A stretch of DNA of 64,000 bases from positions 3,328 to 67,327 of the forward strand of contig JACOVQ010000004.1 of assembly GCA_016177225.1 (NCBI GenBank). The letters are read 5' to 3'. The notes beneath the pieces are model-generated. The model did not search any database and had not been told where the DNA came from. It was given only the letters and a program-made list of their open reading frames with translations. The stretch's first letter is position 1; every line of letters starts with the position of its first letter. This document shows, in pieces, positions 49,701 to 58,430 of this stretch. Made by a program: the position numbers and the translations under genes. Source of the stretch: Candidatus Zambryskiibacteriota bacterium. Lineage in GTDB: Bacteria > Patescibacteriota > Minisyncoccia > Phycocordibacterales > Zambryskibacteraceae.

Positions 49701-50118
49701 AGGCACTTTTGAAGATATATTCAGCAGTGGCTTTTTTCATTGCTTCAAATACTTTCTCATCCATCATCCCAATTTTGTTCACTAGTCTTTTGGAACTATA
49801 TGCGCGTACCTGTATAAGTACTGCCATAGCTGATTCTCCGTCAATCTCCCCTACTCCAAAATAGAAATTCAGAGATTTAATTTTTGTAGTTAGGGGTATG
49901 CCAGTGAACAGATTTTTTCCGTGCTTTCTAATAATAACAACTGGCCTAACAAATTCCGTATCTTTTCCATCTTGTTCATATCCAATATTACATCCAACTT
50001 TGCAAAACCATATTTCTCTTTCGTAATAATACGGAATTAGGTCATCATTTTTACTATCAATAGATTTCTTTTCCAAATGCCAACTATCGAAGTCCTTGAT
50101 GTATTTTCCTTCGGCCAT
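49699..50118 (-). CDS. PemK/MazF-family endoribonuclease toxin, orphan
   Basis: REIWFCKVGCNIGYEQDGK...RPVVII...IPLTT...QVRAYSSKRL. Confidence 0.88.
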   Translation of the reverse strand: MAEGKYIKDFDSWHLEKKSIDSKNDDLIPYYYEREIWFCKVGCNIGYEQDGKDTEFVRPVVIIRKHGKNLFTGIPLTTKIKSLNFYFGVGEIDGESAMAVLIQVRAYSSKRLVNKIGMMDEKVFEAMKKATAEYIFKSA

Positions 50119-50292
50119 ATTACTTCAATAATACAGGAAAACAATTAGACCCACTATCGAAACTGTAAGAGTTTTTATGTAAGAGAATTTAAGCACAAGA
50201 ATATAATTTGACTTGACAGGGTAAAACCTGACTTGTGGGACACTGTACAGATAACAAAAACCGCCCTACTCTATCGGGCGGCTTCTGTTTAT

Positions 50293-50745
50293 TTATCTCT
50301 TGGCGATTTCAGACATTTGTCCGGAATTGGCTAACTTGGCCCAGCAAGCGGAAGACGACTTCCACGGCTTGGCGCCAAATTTCTCATAAAGATATCGAGC
50401 GAAAGCCACGTTGTCATCAATATTGCTTAGGTCAAAACCCATTTTCCGAGCTTTTTCCTGGTGATATAAGATGTTAATCTGCATCACCCCTCTGTCGTAA
50501 GTGTTCTTCTCGCCGCGGAGCACCTCGCCTCTTGAGTTGAAGTGCCTGTTGTGAGATTCGCAACTGCCGATTTTCGCTAAGAGCGGAATATCGGCAAAGT
50601 AGTCGTTAAGAAACTTCTCGACATTATCCGGGTCGGTAATCGGCTGATAGTCTTCTGACTTAACTTCTTTCGGAATGGCAATATTGGGTATAATAAGCGA
50701 TGGAATCGCAGGTAATACCGCGGCCGCTCCGGAGGAGAAGCTCAT
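50293..50745 (-). CDS. lysozyme/lytic transglycosylase-like protein; true start probably upstream
   Basis: CES, DRGVMQIN, NVAFARYLY and PW...CW. Confidence 0.8.
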   Translation of the reverse strand: MSFSSGAAAVLPAIPSLIIPNIAIPKEVKSEDYQPITDPDNVEKFLNDYFADIPLLAKIGSCESHNRHFNSRGEVLRGEKNTYDRGVMQINILYHQEKARKMGFDLSNIDDNVAFARYLYEKFGAKPWKSSSACWAKLANSGQMSEIAKR

Positions 50746-50864
50746 GAGAAGGCTAAGGGTCGTAAGCTGTAAAATAACGATAGGTTAAACTTCTAATCGA
50801 GAGATGCCGTGTCTGTATTCTCACTCTCAAGTAAAAAGCCAGCTAACCGCTGACTTGCCTACAT

Positions 50865-50892
50865 ACTATCATACTCTGGATTTGATGTCAAG
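50865..50892 (-). promoter_or_regulatory. sigma70-type promoter; coordinates approximate
   Basis: TTGACA-N17-TAGTAT on the minus strand. Confidence 0.55.
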
Positions 50893-50936
50893 CACTTTAT
50901 GTGGTTAAATATGTGAAACTTGGCTTTGTTGAGCCA

Positions 50937-51305
50937 TTATTTACAATTAGAAGCCAATGTATACCCAGCCGCTTCTGCGGCGTTAGCGGAGCTAAAAGTG
51001 ACCTTATTTTTCTCGCTAATCTGTTTTGCTCCAGGGCAATTGGGATAATGGTATTTACTCCCATTTTTTGAACCAACCACAGCACCCTGAGCGGAATTTT
51101 CAATTTTCAATGAATTTTCAATGCTCAATAAAGGGTCATATTCTATTCGGATGGGTTCCCTCTTCCCCACCACACTCAATCTGCCAATGCCAAAAGAAAG
51201 TAGAGCGACAAGAATTATTACAATAGCTAAAAATAATTTCCTAAGCCACGAGAACCTCTCAATGTTCCCGCTATTGTCAAAAGATACTTCTTCTGTTAAA
51301 CTCAT
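50937..51305 (-). CDS. membrane-anchored protein with Ada-like metal-binding domain
   Basis: TM, then [13 protein letters not shown]...F...AEAAGY. Confidence 0.8.
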   Translation of the reverse strand: MSLTEEVSFDNSGNIERFSWLRKLFLAIVIILVALLSFGIGRLSVVGKREPIRIEYDPLLSIENSLKIENSAQGAVVGSKNGSKYHYPNCPGAKQISEKNKVTFSSANAAEAAGYTLASNCK

Positions 51306-51316
51306 TCAGCTTAATT

Positions 51317-51595
51317 ATGGCACATAAGAAATCAGCTGGTAAGACCAAAAACGGCCGCGATTCCAATCCAAAATATCTGGGAATCAAGGTCACTCCGGGA
51401 GCCTTCGCCAAAGTGGGCTCTGTCCTCGTGCGCCAACGAGGCACCAGTGTCCTCCCGGGACAAAACGTCTCCATGGGCCGTGACCACACTCTTTTTGCGG
51501 TCAAAAACGGTAAAGTCTCTCTTATCTACAAACGCAAGACTCATTTCGATAACAAGGTTATTCAGAAGAAAGTGGTAAATGTTTTGCCTGCTTAA
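51317..51595 (+). CDS. rpmA: 50S ribosomal protein L27
   Basis: [16 protein letters not shown] and GRDHTLFA. Confidence 0.97.
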   Translation: MAHKKSAGKTKNGRDSNPKYLGIKVTPGAFAKVGSVLVRQRGTSVLPGQNVSMGRDHTLFAVKNGKVSLIYKRKTHFDNKVIQKKVVNVLPA

Positions 51596-51839
51596 ATTTC
51601 TCTAGTTCTAAGTGCTTCTCTTGCCTCTTGGTTTCTTTTTCTTTTAGTCTTTCCTCTTCAGCAATCCTTTTTGCGTCACTCCGCTCTTTAAGCTGTTTAG
51701 CTTTGGCTACTCCCGCCTTGTCTGCCACGAGCGCGAAATTTTTTGGCAGTAAAAAATTGGCGGCGTATCCGTCGGAAACGTTTTTCTCCTCATATATCTT
51801 CCCCACCCCTTTGACATCTTTGAGTAAAATTATCCGCAT
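51558..51839 (-). CDS. rplI: 50S ribosomal protein L9, N-terminal domain and helix only
   Basis: [13 protein letters not shown]...[12 protein letters not shown]. Confidence 0.85.
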   Translation of the reverse strand: MRIILLKDVKGVGKIYEEKNVSDGYAANFLLPKNFALVADKAGVAKAKQLKERSDAKRIAEEERLKEKETKRQEKHLELEKFKQAKHLPLSSE

Positions 51840-51840
51840 A

Positions 51841-53061
51841 TTATTTATTCAGAATCTCGATGGCCTTATCGAGCTGGGGGTCGCGGCTGGCTTGGCGGTC
51901 TTCCTGAGTCATTTTGACCTTGTATTGCGGTTCGATGCCGTGGTCTGAAATGGAGACTCCGTTAGGCGTAAGCCAGCGAGCCACCGTAATTTTGATGGAA
52001 GTGCTTGCAGTGACATCCACTAATTCTTGCACCGAACCTTTGCCGAAAGTCTTGTCACCCACCAATATCGCCTTTCCTTGCTCCGCGAGAGCTCCGGCCA
52101 AAATTTCTGACGCTGAAGCCGAACCGGAGTCGACAAGAATCACAAATTTTAAATTATCGTTAAAAATGTCATAGCCTTTGCTTCGATAAACTTTCTGTTC
52201 TTTATTGGGGCCGAAATCTTCCTTTACCACCACTTTGCTCGAAGGCAGAAACCACGAAGCCATGTCGATGGCGGCTTCAAGATAGCCGCCCGGGTTGCCG
52301 CGAAGGTCAAGTATCAGTTTATCGGCTCTGGAAGTAATAAATTCGCGCAAAGCGCCGCGGAAGAGGTTGGGAGATTGCGCCGAGAAACTATAAAGTTCAA
52401 TGTCGAAAATTCCGCCGGGCAAGGTCTTTGTGCTGATAGTCGGGATGTTGATGACATCTCTCGTAACCGCCACTTCAAAAGGTTCCTTTACTCCGGTCCT
52501 GAATACGGTTAAATGAACTTTTGTGCCTTTCGGTCCGCGAATCAGTCCCACAGCGTCTTCAGTGGAAAGGTTTGATGTCGGACGGTTCTCCACCTTAAGA
52601 ATTTTGTCTCCCGGCAAAAGTCCGGCGCGCGCCGCGGGAGAATTTTTCAGCGGGGCAATGACGGTAATAGCACCCTCTTGCGCGATGATTTCCATCCCCA
52701 CTCCTTCAAAGTTGCCGCGGATATCGGATTCGAAAAGCTGAGACTGTACCGGCGGGAAAAATACGGTGTACGGGTCGCCCAAGGAACTGGCAAGACCCCC
52801 GATTGCTCCCCAAACCTTGTCCTGGTCGGTTACAAGCTTTGCTGTAGTGCTGGCTGGCACATACTTTTCTGCTATTAGATTCCAGGCTTTCCAGAATGGG
52901 GCAAAATCGATATTGCTCGGCTCCCCTTCTCTTATGTTGGTAACGCTGATGACTGCAGTGGAAACTTTGTTTTCCCCCGATTTAAATCCGATAGTGTAAA
53001 AGATGGCGGCTATGAGAGCCGCGGAAACCAATAGAGATGAATATTTCTTCAGAAATTCCAT
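51841..53061 (-). CDS. C-terminal processing peptidase S41 (CtpA-like)
   Basis: PDZ domain, DLRGNPGG, SASASE and GKGSVQ. Confidence 0.95.
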   Translation of the reverse strand: MEFLKKYSSLLVSAALIAAIFYTIGFKSGENKVSTAVISVTNIREGEPSNIDFAPFWKAWNLIAEKYVPASTTAKLVTDQDKVWGAIGGLASSLGDPYTVFFPPVQSQLFESDIRGNFEGVGMEIIAQEGAITVIAPLKNSPAARAGLLPGDKILKVENRPTSNLSTEDAVGLIRGPKGTKVHLTVFRTGVKEPFEVAVTRDVINIPTISTKTLPGGIFDIELYSFSAQSPNLFRGALREFITSRADKLILDLRGNPGGYLEAAIDMASWFLPSSKVVVKEDFGPNKEQKVYRSKGYDIFNDNLKFVILVDSGSASASEILAGALAEQGKAILVGDKTFGKGSVQELVDVTASTSIKITVARWLTPNGVSISDHGIEPQYKVKMTQEDRQASRDPQLDKAIEILNK

Positions 53062-53089
53062 TTCAAGAATTGTATCATATAATAGACCA

Positions 53090-54265
53090 GTGACATTAAA
53101 ACTATACAATACTCTCTCCGGCCAGCTTGAGGAATTTAAGCCGATTTCTCCGAGCGAGGTAAGGCTCTTTGTTTGCGGACCGACCGTCTACGACCTCGAC
53201 CATTTGGGGCACGCCAAGACCTACACTCAATTTGATTTAATCGCAAGAACGCTCCGATATCTGGGATATAATGTCCGTTATATTCAAAATATTACAGATA
53301 TCGATGACAAAATCATCGTTCGGGCTAGGGAGAAAAACGTCGAACCATCGATACTTGCTCGCGAATACGAAAAGTACCATGTCGAAGATATGGAGAAACT
53401 CGGCAATACTAGTGTCGACAAATATGCTCGAGCTACTGATTACATCTCCCAAATTATAAGTCAAGTGGAAAGGCTTGTGGCCAAGGATATGGCTTACAAA
53501 ATTTCCGACGGATATTATTTTGATGTTTCTAAGTTTTCTGATTACGGCAAATTATCCGGACGCAACAGTCTGAAGCCCGGCGATGCGATTTCAAGAATCG
53601 ATGAGAATCCGGAGAAAAGGAATCCCAGAGACTTCTGCCTCTGGAAATTTAAAAAAGAAAATGAGCCGTCCTGGCCATCTAGTCTTGGCGAAGGCCGCCC
53701 GGGCTGGCATATAGAAGATACGGCGATTACCGAAGCGGAGTTCGGTCCGCAATATGATATGCATGGCGGAGCGATGGATTTAATATTTCCCCATCATGAA
53801 GCCGAGATTGCTCAAATGGAATCTATTTCAGGACGTAAGCCATTCGTCAAATACTGGCTTCATGCCGGCTTTCTCAATATCCAGTCGGAGAAAATGTCTA
53901 AGAGTCTCGGGAATTTCTTAACCATTAGACAGGTCTTGGAGCAGATTGTTTCTCCTATTTCTATCAGATATCTCTTCCTTTTGTCGCATTATCGAACACC
54001 GGCTAACTTCAGCTTCGAAGCTTTGGAGGCGGCGGAGAATGCTTTAGGGAAATTGAGTAAAGCCGTGTCAACCTGGCAGGTTGACACGGCTGGTATCGTA
54101 GATAAAGCTTATAAAGCCAAGTTTGTAGAAAAGCTCGAAAATGATTTTAACATTCCTCAAGCATTGGCGTTAGTATGGACATTGCTCAAAGATAAAGAAG
54201 TAACGCCGGAGAATAAAAAAACCACCATTCTCGACTTTGATAAAGTTCTGGGCCTCGGGTTGTAA
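53090..54265 (+). CDS. cysS: cysteine--tRNA ligase
   Basis: CGPTVY, HLGH, GRPGWHIE and KMSKS. Confidence 0.96.
   Translation: MTLKLYNTLSGQLEEFKPISPSEVRLFVCGPTVYDLDHLGHAKTYTQFDLIARTLRYLGYNVRYIQNITDIDDKIIVRAREKNVEPSILAREYEKYHVEDMEKLGNTSVDKYARATDYISQIISQVERLVAKDMAYKISDGYYFDVSKFSDYGKLSGRNSLKPGDAISRIDENPEKRNPRDFCLWKFKKENEPSWPSSLGEGRPGWHIEDTAITEAEFGPQYDMHGGAMDLIFPHHEAEIAQMESISGRKPFVKYWLHAGFLNIQSEKMSKSLGNFLTIRQVLEQIVSPISIRYLFLLSHYRTPANFSFEALEAAENALGKLSKAVSTWQVDTAGIVDKAYKAKFVEKLENDFNIPQALALVWTLLKDKEVTPENKKTTILDFDKVLGLGL
54061..54091. repeat. 31-bp palindrome inside cysS
   Basis: AGCCGTGTCAACCTG-G-CAGGTTGACACGGCT. Confidence 0.9.
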
Positions 54266-54340
54266 TCCCCAACTTAGACACTGTTTTTTACCTAATGGAA
54301 GATTGGCATCAAATATAGAGACTGATAACATTTAAGGGTA

Positions 54341-55759
54341 ATGAAAATTCTAACTCTTGATGAGAAAACCGGCCTAAGAATACCGCCTCACAGTCTTGAG
54401 GCGGAAGCGGCTCTCTTGGGTTCGCTCATGCTCCGGCCCGACGTTATCTATGAGGTCATGGATATCGTTTCTCCCACTTCGTTTTATTTCGAAAAACACA
54501 AAATCATTTTCGAAACGGTACTTGAGCTTTTTGGCAAGCATGTTCCGATTGATATTCTTTCTCTCTCAACAAGATTAAAAGAAAAAGATTTGCTCGAGCG
54601 CGTCGGCGGTATCACTTTCCTTACGGAACTATCTTCAGCCGTGCCGTCTTCGGCCAATGCCAAGCACTACGCCGAGATTGTGATGAAGAAGCATATGATG
54701 CGTCAGCTTATCGAAGCAAGCGAATATTTATCTCATCTTGGATTTAATGAAGCGGCGGATTTGGAGGAAGTACTTGACGAGGCGGAGAAGAAAATTTTTG
54801 ATATTACCGAGCACTTTGCCGGCTCAGCGCGTTTTCAAGACCTGACTCCCCTACTCCGCGACGCTTACGAGCGTTTTGAGAAATTATCGAGTGCCGAACA
54901 CGAGTTGCGCGGCGTGCCGACCGGTTACAAATCTCTAGACGACATTTTGGGCGGCTTCCAAAACTCAGACCTCATTATTATTGCCGCCCGGCCTTCCATC
55001 GGTAAAACGGCTTTGGCGCTGGACATTGCCCGCCGCACGGCCAGCACTCACGAAACGCCGGTCGGCATCTTTTCCCTTGAAATGAGCGCCGACCAGCTGG
55101 TGGACCGCATTGTGGCCGCCCACTCGCGCACAGATTCATCGATTATCAGGAAAGGCGTGCGTACGCAGAAAGGCAGTTGGCGCGAAGATATTTTCAAAAA
55201 TATCCGCGATGCTTTAGACGAGCTCTCCCGCACTCCAATTTATATAGATGACCAGCCGGGTAACACCATTATGAAAATGCGCTCTGCCGCCAGGAAGTTG
55301 AAAATCGAGAAGGGTCTTAAACTCTTAGTTGTCGATTATCTTCAACTCATGGCTCCGGCTAATGCACGCGCCAATGACTCCATGGTCCAGCAAGTGACGG
55401 AAATCTCTCGCGGCCTCAAGCATTTGGCTCGAGAATTGAATATCCCGGTCATCGCGCTTTCCCAACTGTCGCGTGATATTGAAAAGCGCGGCGGCAAACC
55501 TAAGCTCTCCGACCTGCGCGACTCCGGTTCCATCGAGCAAGATGCGGACCTCGTGATGTTTATCCATCAGAGCGAAGACGATGTCCGCGACGAGAGTGGC
55601 AAGGTCAAAGAAGTCCAGAGAAAGGAACTCATTATTGCCAAGCACCGAAACGGCCCTCTCGGCGTGGCTACCCTCGACTACCACACTCGCTTCAATACCT
55701 TTGTCGAAATTGATTACTCAAACTACGGCAAAGCGGAGGAACAGTTTGAAAGTTTATAA
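54341..55759 (+). CDS. dnaB: replicative DNA helicase
   Basis: ARPSIGKT, VDYLQL and DLRDSGSIEQDAD. Confidence 0.97.
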   Translation: MKILTLDEKTGLRIPPHSLEAEAALLGSLMLRPDVIYEVMDIVSPTSFYFEKHKIIFETVLELFGKHVPIDILSLSTRLKEKDLLERVGGITFLTELSSAVPSSANAKHYAEIVMKKHMMRQLIEASEYLSHLGFNEAADLEEVLDEAEKKIFDITEHFAGSARFQDLTPLLRDAYERFEKLSSAEHELRGVPTGYKSLDDILGGFQNSDLIIIAARPSIGKTALALDIARRTASTHETPVGIFSLEMSADQLVDRIVAAHSRTDSSIIRKGVRTQKGSWREDIFKNIRDALDELSRTPIYIDDQPGNTIMKMRSAARKLKIEKGLKLLVVDYLQLMAPANARANDSMVQQVTEISRGLKHLARELNIPVIALSQLSRDIEKRGGKPKLSDLRDSGSIEQDADLVMFIHQSEDDVRDESGKVKEVQRKELIIAKHRNGPLGVATLDYHTRFNTFVEIDYSNYGKAEEQFESL

Positions 55760-55762
55760 CGG

Positions 55763-56362
55763 ATGAATTCAATAGACAAACTGGCGGAGCTTTTTGGGAA
55801 ATTTCCCGGCATTGGGCCGAGACAGGCCAGGCGTTTTGTTTATTTTCTTTTATCACGAAGCGGTAATTATACGAGTGAATTAATTGGCGCCATTCAAAAC
55901 ATTAAAAAAGAGATTGTACAATGCAGTGAATGCATGCGCTTCTATGCCAAGAATGGCCATGCGGGAAAAATTTGTAATATTTGTTTAGATGACACGCGAG
56001 ACAATTCGATGCTGATGATTGTGCCACGCGATATAGATATGGAAGCGGTGGAGAAGAGCGGAAGCTATCGTGGGTATTATTTTGTGTTGGGCGGAGTGGT
56101 GCCGATTTTAGAAAAAGAACCGGAGAAGAGGATTAGAATCACGAATCTCGAAGCACGAATCAAGAAAGACAAACATATCAAAGAAGTAATTCTGGCCATG
56201 AATGCCAATATCGAAGGTGAGAATACGACAGAGTATTTGAAAGATAAACTTAAAAACTTTAAACTTCAAACTTCTGTCCTGGGCCGTGGTCTCTCCACCG
56301 GCGCCGAACTCGAATACGCCGACCCGGAAACTCTGAAGAATGCTTTTCAAAATAGACACTAG
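55763..56362 (+). CDS. recR: recombination mediator RecR
   Basis: PGIG HhH, C4 zinc finger and Toprim domain. Confidence 0.93.
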   Translation: MNSIDKLAELFGKFPGIGPRQARRFVYFLLSRSGNYTSELIGAIQNIKKEIVQCSECMRFYAKNGHAGKICNICLDDTRDNSMLMIVPRDIDMEAVEKSGSYRGYYFVLGGVVPILEKEPEKRIRITNLEARIKKDKHIKEVILAMNANIEGENTTEYLKDKLKNFKLQTSVLGRGLSTGAELEYADPETLKNAFQNRH

Positions 56363-56394
56363 TGTGTTATTGTTTGTCTAGGAAAGGAGCTCTT

Positions 56395-56613
56395 ATGGGG
56401 ATTTCTTTGCAACAGTTGCGACGAATCAGGCGAAATTGGCACAGAGACGAGGAATTAAGAAAAGAACGAGAACGGAAAGAAAAAGAAGAGGCAGTCGAGA
56501 GACAACACCAAAATTTTCTGAATGCAAGGATGGCGGCTGGTTTTACTGCGTTGCAGGCAGAAAATTTATGGAAATGCATCGTTATGCCATGGGTAGAGCT
56601 TGGTCGCAGATAA
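56395..56613 (+). CDS. small hypothetical protein
   Basis: AAGGAG SD; 13-bp hairpin 56621-56650 downstream. Confidence 0.6.
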   Translation: MGISLQQLRRIRRNWHRDEELRKERERKEKEEAVERQHQNFLNARMAAGFTALQAENLWKCIVMPWVELGRR

Positions 56614-56715
56614 TGGTAAAGGCGCTGCGACACGAATGTGTCGCAGCGCCAAAACTTTACTTTTTAATAAAAAGAAATAAGATTGAATTTGGAAAGTGCG
56701 GAAAGGAAGGTACTG

Positions 56716-56958
56716 ATGAGTGATTCTAATTTACTGAATTTGTCGGAGGAGGAACGTCGTAAGTTCTACGAAGACAATGTTAGAAAAAGAGCGCAACAGG
56801 CAAAGGATAAAGAGGAAGCGGAACAGAACGCTCTACGAGCTAATTATATCGCTCAAGTAAGGACGGCGATAAAATCAGACCGACTAGCGGAGTTCTTGTG
56901 GGAAATGGAACAGCGACTGACCCGGTCTTCCGGAGAACCGCAGATAAAAAGTGAATGA
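56716..56958 (+). CDS. small hypothetical protein
   Basis: AGGAAGG SD; hairpin 56964-56988 downstream. Confidence 0.6.
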   Translation: MSDSNLLNLSEEERRKFYEDNVRKRAQQAKDKEEAEQNALRANYIAQVRTAIKSDRLAEFLWEMEQRLTRSSGEPQIKSE

Positions 56959-57030
56959 TAAAAGGCGCCGCGACATAGTCGCGGCGCTGAATCTTTTCTC
57001 TACAATATACTGATATACTATAGACAAAAT

Positions 57031-57072
57031 AAATACATAATAAGAATGCTATAGCATTCTTATTATGTATTT
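57031..57072. repeat. perfect 42-bp palindrome containing copy 2 of the 40-bp symmetric site
   Basis: AAATACATAATAAGAATGCTA/TAGCATTCTTATTATGTATTT. Confidence 0.9.
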
Positions 57073-57088
57073 GGAAGTCTACTAACTT

Positions 57089-57433
57089 CTATTTAATACT
57101 ATCTACTATAATCTCGAAGTATGGTTGTCTATGACCGTATTTTTTGAAGTAACGGGACTTCTGTTTGTATTTGATAACGTCGACAGTCTTGTATCGCCCA
57201 ATTTTATTTAAAGTCGCTTCCACTTCCCCACCGCTGATAAAAGGATTACCTAAATTTACATCATTTGCGCCATCATCGGTCATCAAAACCTGGTCAAAAG
57301 TAACCTTATCGCCCTCCTTAAATTCTCCTATGATTTTCTCGATTTTGACCTTATCTCCTGCCTTTACCCTATATTGCTTGCCTCCAGTGGTAAAGACAGC
57401 GTATAGGTCATTTTTAGCTCTTTTAGTGACCAT
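57089..57433 (-). CDS. rplU: 50S ribosomal protein L21
   Basis: YAVFTTGGKQYRV and GHRQ. Confidence 0.97.
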   Translation of the reverse strand: MVTKRAKNDLYAVFTTGGKQYRVKAGDKVKIEKIIGEFKEGDKVTFDQVLMTDDGANDVNLGNPFISGGEVEATLNKIGRYKTVDVIKYKQKSRYFKKYGHRQPYFEIIVDSIK

Positions 57434-57440
57434 AAGAACA

Positions 57441-58412
57441 CTATTCTACCGAAGGTTTGTCCAAAGTCAATGCTTCAATGTCTAGGCTTTTCCCGGTGAT
57501 TTTGAGGATATCTTTATCGATTTTCTTAAACTCTTTGCCGGCGGCATTGTACTGGTTTATGGTCGTGCCCAAGGCGTTCCCAAGCTTGCCGTAGTAATCT
57601 TCGTACGCCAAAAGATGCTTTTGAAGCCCACCGACATTTTTGATAATTTCTTTGACCGACTCCTCGATTTGCATCCCCTTCAACCCTTCGAGCACGGTTT
57701 GAAGGTAAGCAAAGAGAGACGTCGGAGAGATAGCGATGACTTTGTATTTGGCCGCTGCTCGCCGGATAAGATTTTCTTCGCTGGCGCCTACCGTGCCGGC
57801 CACTAAGTCGTAATAAATCGCTTCGTGCGGGATAAACATGAAAGCGAAATCCATAGTCTTGTCTTGCGGGCGGATGTATTTGGAAGTTTCTACAATTCTA
57901 TTTTTTAAATCATTTTCAAAAACTTTCTCTAATCTCTGCTTTTCAATCGGGTCGCTCTCTTCGGCGAGGCGGTTATAGTTTTCAAGAGAAAATTTGGAGT
58001 CGATAGGCACAATCCTGTCTTTGATAAAAATGACGGCATCAACGATGCTCCCGTCCGGAAAGGGATACTGCATTTGGTAGCTTCCCGGCGGCAAAACATT
58101 TTTTAATAAAGTCTCGAGATAATACTCGCCGAGCACACCGCGCTGTTTTGGATTCTTCAAAATATCCTGAAGCGACTGGAGCTGATTAGTGAATCCAACC
58201 ATCTGCTTTCCCGTCTCATCAACCCTCGTCACTCCTTTAATGATTTCTCTGATATTTTCATTAATGCTCTTGTCCAATTCTTTCATCTGGCCTTGGAGGA
58301 GCAACAGTCCCTCGCTTTTAGCATCGCTCTTCTCTTCCGGTTTTAATCGCGAATAGAGAAAAAATAGAACAGCTAAATTTACTACGACTAATAGGATGAG
58401 AACGGCAGTCAT
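57441..58412 (-). CDS. rmuC: RmuC-family protein
   Basis: KQRGVLGE, PIDSKF and DFAFMFIPHE. Confidence 0.92.
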   Translation of the reverse strand: MTAVLILLVVVNLAVLFFLYSRLKPEEKSDAKSEGLLLLQGQMKELDKSINENIREIIKGVTRVDETGKQMVGFTNQLQSLQDILKNPKQRGVLGEYYLETLLKNVLPPGSYQMQYPFPDGSIVDAVIFIKDRIVPIDSKFSLENYNRLAEESDPIEKQRLEKVFENDLKNRIVETSKYIRPQDKTMDFAFMFIPHEAIYYDLVAGTVGASEENLIRRAAAKYKVIAISPTSLFAYLQTVLEGLKGMQIEESVKEIIKNVGGLQKHLLAYEDYYGKLGNALGTTINQYNAAGKEFKKIDKDILKITGKSLDIEALTLDKPSVE

Positions 58413-58430
58413 GATAGGATTATAACATGT

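Larger units (their letters stand above)
48911..50243. mobile_element. mini-island bounded by direct repeat TTGTGGGACAC
   Basis: The 11-mer lies at 48928-48938 and 50233-50243; only accessory content between. Confidence 0.6.

Noticed and set aside
56621-56988. Integron attC cassette array
   Set aside because: The hairpins lack RYYYAAC/GTTRRRY ends and extrahelical bases, and no integron integrase is present.
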